Both the position numbers and the translations under genes were made by a program. Positions 1 to 21,385 of a stretch of DNA of 64,000 nt are shown one piece after another (position 1 is the first letter of the stretch; every line of letters starts with the position of its first letter). The stretch lies in NCBI RefSeq assembly GCF_009914755.1, contig NC_060926.1, one strand, 5' to 3'. The notes beneath the pieces are model-generated. The model was not told where the DNA came from and did not search any database. It saw nothing but the letters and a program-made list of their open reading frames with translations. The DNA is from the human T2T-CHM13v2.0 reference genome, Homo sapiens.

Positions 1-167
1 ATTTTGTAGGGACAGAAATTGAATAACTGAGGTAAAAATGAAACCACTCCACACCAGAGTTAATAAATATCTAGAAGCATTTTCTTTAAAAGAAAAGAAA
101 AACAGTCTAGTTAATAAAACCTTTGTGCTTTTTTTATCCCTCTTACTATGGTTATGCGATTTTTCAG

Positions 168-293
168 GATCTAGTCAATTTCAAATCATCAACAGGTCTT
201 TTCTGCGGCTTCCATCCCACTTTTTCGTCTCGTCTCTTGAGTGCCACAGTAGCTATTGCCAATGCCACACAATATAACCCCCGATTCTCTCGT
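168..293 (+). CDS. Probable internal coding exon (126 nt, phase 0/0) of an unidentified protein-coding gene: DLVNFKSSTGLFCGFHPTFSSRLLSATVAIANATQYNPRFSR
   Basis: Acceptor gcgatttttcag| (AG 166-167) and donor CGT|gtgagt (294-299). Length is a multiple of 3 with an open frame. CpGs are retained in otherwise CpG-poor, non-repetitive DNA. Confidence 0.75.
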
Positions 294-566
294 GTGAGTA
301 ACATTCAGCTCTGCTTCGATATTAGAAACTCAAATAAGAAATATGGCTGCTTTTTATATTTAGTCCCTATCATCCGTACCTCATTTAAACTAGGCAGCTC
401 TCGTATGTTTTAATAATTATTAGTAAGATATGATGGTATTGATTTCTTGACTGAAGATGTAGGATAAGTCTCTTTTTATCTACTTTGTTTTTGGATAATA
501 AAAACATAATACTGAGAAGACCAAGATAATGGAAAAAGAAATATCAACAGATAAGAGATTCCAGGA

Positions 567-606
567 GACAGACCGAGACTCCATCTCAGAAAAAAAAAAA
601 AAAAAA
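567..606 (+). mobile_element. Extremely 5'-truncated Alu (last ~23 nt plus poly-A)
   Basis: gacagaccgagactccatctcag + A-tail, flanked by perfect 14-bp TSD aagagattccagga (553-566 / 607-620). Confidence 0.85.
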
Positions 607-1234
607 AAGAGATTCCAGGAAAAGTTAGGAGACCAGAAACTACATGGGGATAAGGCACCTCTGTAGTGGAAGTTGCCCCACAAGAGAGTGGAAAAGAAAT
701 GATGATGAGAAGTGAACTGATTTGCCTTGTAAAACCCAAGGGAGTCAGAAGATACATTGGCACGAATCAAGAAGAGGTCATAAGGAAAGCATATATCACA
801 GTACACATTTAGGTGAATATAGTTTGAAAGTGGATATATGAGAAATTTTGACTCTCTTTTTTTCCTTCTCATTGAGAAAAACACTCAAATGCAAGCACCT
901 ACCTTCAAGGCAGAACAACAAATAGTTCTTTCCTAGAAAAAGTGATCTGTGGTGCTGTGGATCCAGGACACCAGGTATAGTGAAGGGCAGAAGTGAGATG
1001 TGGGAATTAAAGATGAAAGTGAATTGCAGTTGGCAAATAGATAAAATGAACACAAAACAGAGTTCATAACCTGGTTTTCACATTGTCTCAGCTGTTGTCT
1101 TCTTTTTTCCTTGAAGAAAAGTTTCAGTCAGTGCTTCTCTGGAAACTCTAACACTGTGAGAGGAAAGACCTTTACATACCAGCAGTTTTTCTAGTGAAAA
1201 GAACAGCAATCAGACAAAAGAAACAAGTGAGAGT

Positions 1235-1945
1235 CGACCTAATTGCCCATGAAGGGATAAGTAGTGTATATACACAATGGAGTAATAGCCTTAAAAAAAA
1301 AAAAAAGAAGGAAATTATGTCATTTGGGACAACATGGTTGAACCAGAAATACATTACACTTAAGAAAATAAGCCAGGGTGGGTAGAACCTAAAAAAATTG
1401 AAATAATGGAATCAGAAGGTAGAATAGTAGTTACCAGAGGCTTGGGGTCGAGAAAGGAGATTGGAGAGATATTGGTCAGCGGATACAAAATTTCAGTTAG
1501 ATAGGAGAAATAAATTAAAGAGCTCTGTTGTACATCATGGCAACTATAGTTAATAGCAATCTATTGTATTTTGAAAACCTCTAAGAGAGAAGATTTTAAA
1601 TATTCTCACCACAAAAAAATGGTAAATATGTGAGATAATGCAAATTTTTTTTTCATTTTTGTTGTGTTTATTTTATATATATATTTTTTATTATACTCTA
1701 AGTTCTAGGGTACATGTGCACAACGTGCGGGTTTGTTACATATGTATACATGTGCCATGTTGGTGTGCTACACCCATTAACTCGTCATTTACATTAGGTA
1801 TATCTCCTAATGCTATCCCTCCCCCTCCCCCTACCCCAATAATGCAAATGCTAATTAGCTCAAGTTAGCCATCTCACAATGTATGCATACTTCAAAACAT
1901 TATGTTGTACACCATAAAACATATAATTTTTATTTTTCAATTAAC
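1235..1945 (+). mobile_element. Old L1MA-type 3' end, interrupted by an L1PA fragment
   Basis: Typical L1MA 3'UTR motifs (gaaattatgtcattt...gttaccagagg...ggatacaaaatttcagttagataggag...ttctcaccacaaaaaaatggtaaatatgtgag). Confidence 0.75.
1646..1838 (-). mobile_element. 5'-truncated L1PA (PA4/5-like) 3' end
   Basis: Reverse of the L1PA tail (ttattatactctaagttctagggtacatgtgcac...); TSD ataatgcaaat 1635-1645 / 1839-1849. Confidence 0.9.
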
Positions 1946-2361
1946 TCTTTTCAGAATAAAAATAAAAAATAAACAGAAATGACATACAGAAATGAAAACT
2001 GATGGGATTGGGATGACTTCTTAAATATAAATGTATCAGGCTCACAAATGTTATGATATTGCATCATTAAAACAAAACATTTATACCAGTCACCAAAAAT
2101 AGAAAGCATTAAGAAAATGAAAAAAATCTAAGTATTTTAGTAACCAAACTAAAAACATGATGGCAAAATAAAATGTTTAAATTAGAAGTGGAGTATAAAG
2201 TCAACAAAATAAACAAGAAAGTATAATAAAAATGTCCAGAAAAGAAAAAATGTTCAAAAAAAATCTTAAAGAATTAATCCTAACATTACACTATTCAAAT
2301 AAATATCTGACATTAGGGATTATAGAAAATAAGGGATAGATAATAGCTAATGAATTGGATG

Positions 2362-2850
<489 letters not shown>

Positions 2851-5800
2851 TCAGAACTACTGTTATCAATTAAAAGCTTCTTCATAAATCTGATTCAACA
2901 TCCATTGCACATAAAGAAGATGGCAGATAGGAGGTAGGAATAGCTTGCAGCTCTAGCTCAGATGAACGGAGCAGTGTGTGGAGACTCACATGATGAAGTT
3001 TTGCTCCAGAACTACTGCAAGAATATATCAGAAAAGCCAAGAGAATCTGCAGACCCTCTGAAGGAAGCAGATTGCTCCTACAGGACCTGGGAGACAGTCC
3101 AAATACTGTAAGTGCCCAAGCTGTGACAGTGGGAAAGGGGGATCGTCCATCCCCAAACACACACTCTTGCTGGGGAACCTGAAGGTCTAGATCAAGGGAA
3201 AAGAATTTGACCTTAACCGGAGCTGAGTCAATTTTAAGAGCTGAGCAAAATACAGAGAAAAAGCAGCAAGAAAAGCCCTGTGGGCTCTCTGGGTCCCCAG
3301 GGAGCCACTTCTGAATTGTCTCACAGGAGGCCTTGGGGAGGACTGCTAGAGGAACTGGGAAAAGACCACAGGGAAAAGAAACCTCCAGCTGAACTTTGTA
3401 ACGATTCCAACCGAATGCAAAGTCTCCTGGCCAGAACTTAGGGGACGACATGAATCTGGTGTGCAGACTCAACAGGCAGGGAGGCGTGAAAGTCCTGCTT
3501 GTTTTCTCAGCTGGGAGGCTGGTAGCCTGGGACAAGTTCCAGGCCTGCTCGCCAACTGCTAGGAAACAAATTTGGTGCTGTTCGTGGTGTGGGGGCATGG
3601 TGGGAGTCAGATCAGCCTTTTCATATGTGTGGGAGTTAAGTGAAGCCTGTAACTGCTGGCTTTTTTCTACTTCCCTGACAACCTACATGGCACAACAGAG
3701 GCAGCCATAATTCTCCTGGGAACATAACTCCAGTGACCTGGAAACCATACCCCTATCTCTCACAGCAGCCGCAGCAAGCCCTGCCCAAGGAGAGTCTGAG
3801 CTCAGACATGCCTAACCCTGCCCTCACCTGATGATCCTTTCCTACCCACCCTGGTAGCTGAAGACAAAGGGAATATTCTCTTGGAAGTTCTAGGGCCTTG
3901 CCCATTACCTGATCCTTCCTGTACTACCTCAGCTGATGCTGTCTTGAAAGCACCACCTCCTGGCAGGAGGCCAGCCAGCATGAAAATAGTGCATTAAACA
4001 ACCAAAACTAAGGACCCTCACAGAGTCCATTTTACTCCTCTGCCACCTCCACTGGATCAGGTGCTGGTATCCACGGCACAGAGTCCTAAAGATGGTTCAC
4101 ATCACAGGACTCTGTGCAGACAACTTCCGGTACAAGCCCAGAGCCTGGTAGCCCTGCTGGGTGACTAGATTCAGAAGAGAAATAACAATCACTACAGTTC
4201 AGCTCTCAGGAAGCCACATTCCCAGGAAAAGGCAGAGAGTACTACATCAAGAAAACATCCCACGGGACAAAGGAATCTGAACATCAGCCTTGAGCCCCAG
4301 ATCTTCCCTCTGACATAGCCTACAAAAATGAGAAAGAACCAGAATAACAATTCTGGTAATACGAAAAACCAGGTTCTTTAACACACCTAAAAAAAATCAC
4401 ACTAGCTTACCAGCAATAGATCTAAACCAAGAAGAAAACTCTGATTTACCTGAAAAAGAATTCAGAAGGTTAATTATTTAGCCAATCAAAGAGGCATCAA
4501 AAAAAGGTAAAGTCCAATATAAGGAAATTAAAAAAAAAAGATACAAGATATGAGGGGAAAAATCTTCAGTGAAATAGACACCATAATAAAAAACAATCAC
4601 AACTTTAGGAAATAAAGGATAGAGTTGGAGAAATGCAAAATATTCTGGAAAGTCTCAGCAATAAAATCAAACAAGCAGAAGAAAGGACTTCAGAGCTCAA
4701 ACACAAGGTTTTTGAATTAACACGATCCAATGAAGACAAAGATAAAAGGATTTTAAAATATGAACAAAGCCTCCAAGAAGTACAGGATTTTGTTAAAAGA
4801 CCAAACTTAAGAATAATAGATGTTCCTGAGAAAGAAGCGTAATCTAAAAGTTTGGAAAATATATTTGAGGGAATAATTGAGGAAAACATCTCCAGCCTTG
4901 CTAGAAACCTAGACATCCAAACACAAGAAGCTCAAAAAAACCTATGGGATTCATCGCAAAAAAGATCATCACCTAACCACTTTGTCATCAGGTTATCCAA
5001 AGTCGAGATGAAGAAAAGGATCTAAAGAGCTATGCAGCAAAAGCACCAGATAACCCATAAAAGGAAACCTATCAAATTAACAGCAGATTTCTCAGCAGAA
5101 ACTCTACAAGCTAGAAAGGATTGGTACCCTATCTTCAGCTTCCTTAAACAAAAAGATTATCAGCCAAGAATTTTGTACCCAGTGAAACTAAGCATCATAA
5201 ATGAAGGAAAGATAAAGTCTTTTTTAGACAAAAGAATGCTGAGAGAATTCACCACTACCAAACCTGCATTGCAAGAACTGATAAAAGGAGCTCTAAATCT
5301 TGAAATAAATCCTAGAAACACATTAAATAGAATCTCTTTAAAGTATAAATATCCAGGACCTATAAAACAAACATACAATAAAAAAAGATACAAAGGCATC
5401 AAACAGCATGATGAATGAAATACAATAGTACCTTACATCTCATTACTAACATTGAATGTAAATGGCCTAAATGCTCCACTTAAAATATGCAGAATGAAGA
5501 AAGGATGAGAATGCACCAACGAAGTATCTTCTGCCCTCAAGAGACTCACCAAACACATAAAGACTCACATAAACTTAAGGTAAAGGAGTGGAAAAAGGCA
5601 TTCCATGCAAATGGACAACAAAAGTGAACAGGAGTAGCTATTCTTACATCAGATAAAACAAACTTTAGAGCAACACCACTTAAAAAAGAGAAAGAGGGAC
5701 ATTACATAATAATAAAAGGCCTTGTCAAACAGGAAAATATCACAATCCTAAATATATATGCACCTAACACTGGAGCTCCCAAATTTATAAAACAATCACT

Positions 5801-6079
5801 ACTAGACCTAAGAAATGAGATAGACAGCAATACAATAATAGTGGGGGGCTTCAATACTCCACTGACAAACTAGACAGGTCATCAAGACAGAAAGCCAACA
5901 ACAACAAAAATAATGGATTTAAACTATAACCTGGAAGAAATGGACTTAATAGATATTTACAGAATATTCTATTCAACCACCACAGAAAATACATTCTATT
6001 TGCCAGTGTGTAGAACTTTTTCCAAGATAGACCATATGATAGACCACAAAACAAGTCTTAGTAAATTTAAGAAAACTGA

Positions 6080-8382
<2,303 letters not shown>

Positions 8383-8850
8383 AAGAAAATTGAAGTGATA
8401 TCAAGTATTCTTTCAGACTTCAGTGGAATAAAATTGGAAATCAACACCAAAAGGAACCTTTAAAACCATGCAAATACATGGAAATTAAATAATCTGCTCC
8501 TGAACGATCATTGGGTTAACAATTAAATTAAGATGGAAATTTAAAAAGTCTTCAAACTGAATGATAATAATAACACAACCTATCAAAACCTCTGGGATAT
8601 AGCAAAGGCGGGGCTAAGAGGGAAGTTCATAGCCCTAAATGCCTACATCAAAAAGTCTAAAAAGCAACAAAGAGACAATCTAAAGTCACACCTTAAGGAA
8701 CTAGAAAAACAAAAACAAATCATGCCCAAACCCAGAAGAAGAAAGGAAATAACTGAGATCAAAACACAACTAAATGAAATTGAAACAAAGAAACAAAAAA
8801 TACAAAGGATAAATGACACAAAAAGGTGGTTATTTGAAAACATAAATAGG

Positions 8851-9154
<304 letters not shown>

Positions 9155-9647
9155 GAAAACATAAATAAAATTGATAGACCATTAGCAAGATTACCCAAGA
9201 AAAGAAGAAAGAAGATCCAAATAAGCTCATTTAGCAACAAAACAGGAGATAATACAGCTGACTCCACAGAAAGGTAAAAGATCATTCAAGTCTACTGTGA
9301 ACACCTTTATGTGATAAACTAGAAAAACTAGAGGAGATGGATAAATTCCTGGAAAGATACAACCCTCCTAGGTTACATCAGGAAGAATTAGAAACTCTGA
9401 ACAGACCAATAACAAGCAGCGAGATTGAAATAGTAATAAAACAATTACCAACAAAAAAAGTCCAGGACTAGATGGATTCCTAGCTGAATTCTACCAGACA
9501 TTCAAAGAAGAATTGGTACCAATCCTATTGACAGTATTCTACAAGATAAAGCAATAGGGAATTCTCCTTAAATCATTCTACAAAGCCAGTAACACCGAAA
9601 CCTAATGCCAAAACCAGGAAAGGACATAACAAAGAAAGAATACTCCA

Positions 9648-9977
<330 letters not shown>

Positions 9978-11389
9978 ACTACAGACCAATATCCCTGATG
10001 AATACAGATGCAAAAATCCTTAGCAAAATATTAGCTAACTATATCCAACCGCATATTAAAAAGATAATCCACCATGATCAAGTGGGTTTCATACCAGGTA
10101 CTCATGGATGGTTTAACATGCACAAGTCAATAAATGTAGTACACCACATAAACAGAATCCAAAACAAAAATTACATAATCATCTCAATAGACACAGAAAA
10201 TGCATTTGAAAAAAATCCAACATCCTTTTATAATTAAAACCCTCACCAAAATTGTCATACAAAGGACATATCTCAGTGTAATAAAAGCCATGTATGACAA
10301 ACCCACAGCCGACATAATACTGAATTGGGAAAAGTTAAAAGCATTCCCTCTGAGAGATTGAACAAGACAAGGATGCTCACTCTCATCACTTCTATTCAAC
10401 ATAAGACTGGAAGTCCTTGCCAGAGCAATCAGACAAGAGAAAGAAATAAAGTGCATCCAAATAAGTAAGAAGGAAGTCAAACTGTCTCTATTTGCTGATG
10501 ATATGACTGTATACATAGAAAACCCTAAAGACTCCCCAAAAAAGCTCCTGGAACTGATAAATGAATTCAGCCAAGTTTCATGATACATAATTAATGTACA
10601 CACATCAGTAGCTCTGCTGTACAACAACAGCGATCAAGCTGAGAATAAAATAAAAAACTCAATCTCTTTTACAATAACTGCAAAAAATAAAATACTTAGG
10701 AATATATTTAACCAAGGAGGTGAAAGACATCTACAAAAAAATTTAAAAAACTACAAAACACTGCTGAAAGAAATAATAGATGATACAAACAAATGGAAAC
10801 ACACTCCGTGCTCCTGGATGGGTAGAATCAATATTGTGAAAATGACCATACTGCCAAATGCAATCTAGGAATTCAATGCAGTTCCCACCAAAATACCACC
10901 ATCATTCTTCACAAAACTCGAAAAAACAATCCTAAAATTCATATAAAACCAAAAAAGAGCCCTCATGACAAAAGCAATACTAAGCAAACAGAGTAAATTT
11001 GGAGGGATCACATTACCTGATTTCAAACTATGCTATAAGGCCATAGTCACCAAAACATCATGGTACTAGTGTAAAAATAGACACATACATCAATGGAACA
11101 AAATAGAGAACCCAGAAATAAAGCCAAATATTCACAGCCAACTAATCTTTGACAAAGCAAACAAGAACATAAAGTGGGAAAGGACACCCTATTCAACTAA
11201 TGATGCTGGCAAAATTGGCAAGCCACATGTAGGAGAATGAAACTGGATCCTTATCTCTCACCTTATTCAAAAATCAACTCAAGATGGAACAAGGACTTAA
11301 ATCTAAGACCTGAAACTATGAAAATACTAGAAGGTAACATTGGAAAAACCTGTCTAGACATTGGCTTCAGCAAGGATTTCATGACCAAG

Positions 11390-11634
<245 letters not shown>

Positions 11635-12489
11635 TCATAATAAAAATGTATGCAACTATTATTCTTCCTCTCCCAATTTCATTTTAAAATAACTTTTTAG
11701 TATATAATGGTTCAGTAAATAATACTAAATAATAATAATAATAATAGTAAAATAAGTCCTTTGGAGATTCAGAGTAGAATTTTGGTATCTTAGGATCAAG
11801 AGTGACTAATATAAAAAATTCACAGACCAACTACAAAGAGTTTTATTTCATTTACATGCAATCTGATTTAAATACTTTAAGAAGTATACATTTAGGCCAA
11901 TATTCATGTTCCAAATATCTGGATGTCTGGAATCACATTGATCTAGCATTACTCAAATCATAAAAGCATTCATGGAAAAGTACATACATAAGGAATCATT
12001 AAGCAATCATTTTAGTATGGAATGAGTAGTACAATAATAGTTTTTACATGAGTATCTGATACTCTCTCTGTTCTCCCTGGAAACTCCTTGCTGGTGGAGT
12101 ATTTCTGGTATGAGGGAAAATACATTACTTTCTGGTAATAAGCTGTAAGCAGTAAGGTCTTAATGAGTCATTTTCACAGAGAGACTAAAGATGAAGACTG
12201 AACATTTCAGGTTAGAGTTTTAGGTAAATGTTTAATCTATTTTTAATGTGGATCACTACTATAATTCATTGCTGGCTTTTTAAAATAACTCGTTTACTCT
12301 ACAAACCTTTTCTTCTGTAGTTACAAGCATTTAAGCTTCAAGATGAAAAACCTGTCTTAGACTCATCTTGTTTAGGTCCCTGGCTTAACTAAACATGCAG
12401 AAAGACAGGCATAATTATCTTCATTTCTTCATTCCACCATTTCAACATGCATCATCTTTTCACTCGTACTTTTGGCATTCACACCCATC

Positions 12490-12830
12490 TATGTGCATAA
12501 GGATATTTTGTTTTGGGATATAGAGATTGTCAGGGCAGGTGGGGGGAGAATAAAATCAAACAAAAAACGTCCATGCCTTCAACTAGCTCATAATCACTGA
12601 AATTGATTTCTTGTGCCTCAATGAGAGTGTGATGAGGGAAGGGACACTGGAGTTAGCATGTAGCAGAGGGCAGGACAGTGTCTCAGGTGAAAATTAAAGA
12701 AAATGATATCTGAATGTGAATAAAATTTAGTTAAGTGTGAGGCAGACAGGAAGTAGGGAAGACTCCTGGTGAACAGAGGAGCAGACATAAAATAGTCTCC
12801 TGCACATGGAGGAACGTGAGCGATCCCACT
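12490..12830 (-). mobile_element. L2 fragment (degenerate)
   Basis: Purine-rich pattern typical of L2 antisense (ccatgccttcaactagctcataatc...ggtgaacagaggagcagacataaaa). Confidence 0.45.
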
Positions 12831-13559
12831 GGTCCATCCACTGCACCAACCCACACCTGGCCACAAACAGAGCCCCTTTTAGACAACATTTTACAGTCTA
12901 AAATTGAAACTGTCATTCTAAATTACGAATTACATTATAAACACTAGTCCATGCTGAAGGATCCAAAAATACCATCTAAGAGGGAGACTAGAATGAAAAA
13001 CAAAACATGGAAGCGTGATGAAAAGTCCATCTGACCAAGGGCAGGATGTGTAAAGTCCTCAGAGAGATGGTCTGCTCTCTAGAGCCTGCGCGCAGATTAA
13101 ACCAAAAGCTGAGCATGGGCATGGGATCATCAGTTAAGAAACAAGCAAGTAAGGTACTGAAAGCCTGCACCGAGTAATGAGATGCAGACCGGTGAGAAGT
13201 TGTAGCTTGCGCCCATGCTGGCAGGCCAGGTGGTATCTTCTTTTGATGTAGTGCTGCTTCTTTAAAATCTGAACAGTTTTTAAAGGACTATATTGGTGGT
13301 GACAGTAATAGAGAGGTGGCTATTTGACACATATTTCTGGATGTTAATGTGCCTAGTATAGTACCCTGCTCCAGAACAAACATGCCAAGATAGGTTGCTT
13401 TCTATGTTTTACCGTAACATAATTTTTGAAACCCTTCTCCCTCTCCCTCCAATATCACTTAATGTTCTTTTTAGTCAAGATATTAGCAAGCTCTGTTACA
13501 CTTCAGATGCCAATTGAGGACAACAAGAAAATGTTTTCCCTGTTAAAGACCTTAAAGTG

Positions 13560-13801
13560 ATTCTCTTTGTCTCTCTCTCATCTCTCTTTCTCCCTCTGCC
13601 CTTTTCTTCTTTTACTTCTACTTTTCCTCTCCTCCTCCTTTTTCCTCCTTCTCTCTTCCTCCTGTTTCTCCACTCCTTCTTCCTCTTCCTCTCCATACTC
13701 TTCATCTCCTCCTCCTTTTCTTCCTCCTCCTTCCTCCTCCCCATTCTCCTTCTTCATTCTCCTCCTCCCCCTCTTCTTCTCCTCCTCTTCCTCTTTCTCC
13801 T
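13560..13801. repeat. (TCC/TTC)-rich polypyrimidine low-complexity tract (continues at 18970-19050)
   Basis: Direct reading; source of the spurious Leu/Ser/Glu/Arg ORFs. Confidence 0.95.
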
Positions 13802-14140
13802 TATAGTAGTCTGTTTTCATGCTGCTGATAAAGATATACCTGAGACTGGGTAATTTTTAAAGAAAAAGAGGTTTAACGGACTCATAGTTCCACGTGGCTG
13901 GGGAGGCCTCACAATCATGGCAGAAGGCGAAAGGCACATCTTACATTGCAGCAGGCAAGAGAAAATGGGAGCAAAGTGAAAAGGGTTTCCTCTTATAAAA
14001 CCATCAGATCTCATGAGACTTATCCACTACCATGAGAAGAGTATGGGGAAAACTGTCCACATGATTCAATTATCTCCCACCAGGTCACTCCCACAACATA
14101 TGGGAATTATGGGAGCAACAATTCAAGATGTGATTTGGGT

Positions 14141-18937
<4,797 letters not shown>

Positions 18938-19499
18938 GATTTGGGTGAGGACACAGTCAAATCATATCACTCTTCTTTTTCTTTCTCCTGTTGCCCCTCC
19001 TCTTCCCACTCCTCCCACTCTTCCTCTCCTCCTCCTCACTGTCCTTTTTCTTCCAAATGGGTTTGACAGTACAGTAGTAAGCTTTCAAATAAAACAGAGT
19101 GCATTCAGGAAAAGTCGTATTCAGAATATTCTGCCACCCAGGTACCTTTCACTGCCAATGAGTAGTCAGTTCGAGAAAAAGCAGAAACTTGAGTGGCAAG
19201 GTAGATGGGTATAGAAAATGACACAAAATCAGGGACGAAGACTTGACTATCGTATGAAAACCAAGAATAAACAAAAATATGGAGTCTTTTCAGATTATAA
19301 AATACCTTTCTCACAAAATATAGTAGCAAAGTTAAGAAAGTAAACATATATATACACACACATACACAGACACAGACACACACACACACACACCTACTAA
19401 CAACAATCCCAAATATAATTCATTGGTCCATATCCTAATAGGTTTACTTCTATATATAATTTTTATTGAATTCATGGCATGCATTAATTCAGTGCCTTG

Positions 19500-19800
19500 T
19501 TTTATGAAAGAAATAATATAAGTAAAGCACTTAGCACAGTTCCTAGAACATGTAAGTGCAATACAAGTGTTTCCTCTGACTAGTATTTATCTTGGGCTGA
19601 GCTCAGAGTTTACATAAAATCACTCATTTGACCCTCACAAGAATCATTTAAAGTGGGCTCTATGATTGTCCCATTTTGGAAGTGATGAAACCTAAATGCA
19701 GAGAAATTGACTTCCCTAATAACACACCATAGGCTTGTGAGGGAGTCAGAACATTAAGCCACGCAGTGAGTTTCCACATTTGGTGTTCTTAACCTCTGTG
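19500..19800. mobile_element. MIR fragments
   Basis: gtaaagcacttagcacagt and ccattttggaagtgatgaaacct core-like motifs. Confidence 0.6.
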
Positions 19801-20714
19801 CTATTTTGGGAGATTGCAGCAAATAATAGAGACACCAAAGCTGTGGTTACCTTTGATTTTTCCTTTCTAGCATTCTAAACTCTTCTTTTTGTTGTAGCAG
19901 GTCGGTTTTCTCCAGGCAGCTATTATTCTACTTTGGATGCAGACTTGTTGACACTGCCAATCTAGATGTCATTATGTAAGGGTAGAGTGGGCAGCCACAC
20001 ACTGCCAAGTTGTTCTGGGTTCACTCTTCCTGTCAGGTGATATAGGGGGTTCCTTAAATGCACGTGGCACAGGAGAGACTTCCTTCATTACATGTTCTTC
20101 ACTAGTGTCAGGTGACTGAGAGCTTTTATTCAACTATTAAATAATGAACCCTTCAAGAGCTTCCAGGTTGTTTACAGTTTGTCAGACACCAAATATGCTT
20201 TATGTATTTGATCTGAAATAAAATGCAGTGGACCTCTATACGGCAGAGTTCCTCATGCTAATTTCACAGAGGAGGAAATTGAGGCCCTTAGAGGGTAACA
20301 TGCCCAAATTTTGGTTGAAAGCAAACAAAAGAGTCAAGATTTAAAGCATATATGCCTCTGGTGATTCTATTCAGCTACCCTGCCCACCATCCACAATGTG
20401 AGAGCAGTTCTGCCCTGGATATCAAGGTGGACATACAGCCACAAACTGTGTGATTCCTGCTGTCATTAAACATAAAGTGAAGAGATGAGAAAACCTACAC
20501 CCGTGAAAATGCAAACAGTATGAGTGATCTGGCAGTATAAATCCTAAACACATCATACAAAGAGAAGATACAGAGTGGGCAGGATTGTAGAGTTGCTAAG
20601 GTTTATCCTCTAGCTGCAAAATCTATTGCTTTTTTTAATAACTGAAGAATCTTATCAGCAAAACCATGTTAGCACATTAGAAAGTATGTTCACCTCCTTT
20701 AATTCATCCAGCAC

Positions 20715-21045
20715 ATGGGTTTTCCAAGGGTGAACCCTAGATCAGCAGCAAGAGTGGCACCCAGGAACACTTTATAAATGGAAATTCTCAGAATCCACCA
20801 CAGACCTATTGAGTCAGGACCTCTAGAGTGAGGCTCAGACCTTGTCACATTTTCATATTTACTACTCTTTGTCCAACCCAGTATGTAAGCTTTCAGCCCT
20901 AATTGCTTCTGTGAGTCTTTGTTTTTCTTGTGAGGGCTCCCATGCCTGTGTAAAAATTACTATACCAAATCTGTATGCTTTTCCCTTGTTAAAAATCATC
21001 TCCCCAGATTATTCATATACGTGTTCAAGTTTGAGAACCATTGGT
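20715..21045. mobile_element. MER5A-like hAT element interrupted by a ~150-bp ERV1-LTR-like fragment (20841-20992)
   Basis: gaaattctcagaatccaccacagacctattgagtcagg...aagtttgagaaccattg termini. Confidence 0.55.
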
Positions 21046-21051
21046 TGAATT

Positions 21052-21385
21052 CAGGGGTCTGTGAACTTTTTCTGTAAAAAGCTAGAGATGAAATAGTTTA
21101 GTCTTTGGGAGCCATGTGGTCTTGTCCCAACTATTCAACTCTGCTGTAGTAGCGTGAGAGCAGCCGTGGCAAGTACATACATGAGTGATCATGGCCATTT
21201 ACATCAAACTTTCTTCAGGGACACTGAGATTTAAATTTCCAATAATTTTCATGTGTCACAATGTACTCTTTTCTTCTTTGGATTTCTTTCAACTATTCAT
21301 AAGTATAAGAAGCATATTTGGCTTTTGGGTTGTACCAAAACAGGTGGCGACTGGGTATGGCTTCATCATTTCCCAACTCTGTTGT
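21052..21385 (+). mobile_element. MER58B-like hAT-Charlie
   Basis: caggggtctgtgaactttttctgtaaa...caactattcaactctgctgtagtagcgtgagagcagcc. Confidence 0.7.

Noticed and set aside
123-413. 96-aa ORF as a standalone gene
   Set aside because: Non-ATG start; only the splice-bounded core 168-293 looks coding
13496-13853. Glu/Arg-rich and Leu/Ser-rich ORFs (also 36186-36722)
   Set aside because: Translations of stop-free low-complexity tracts
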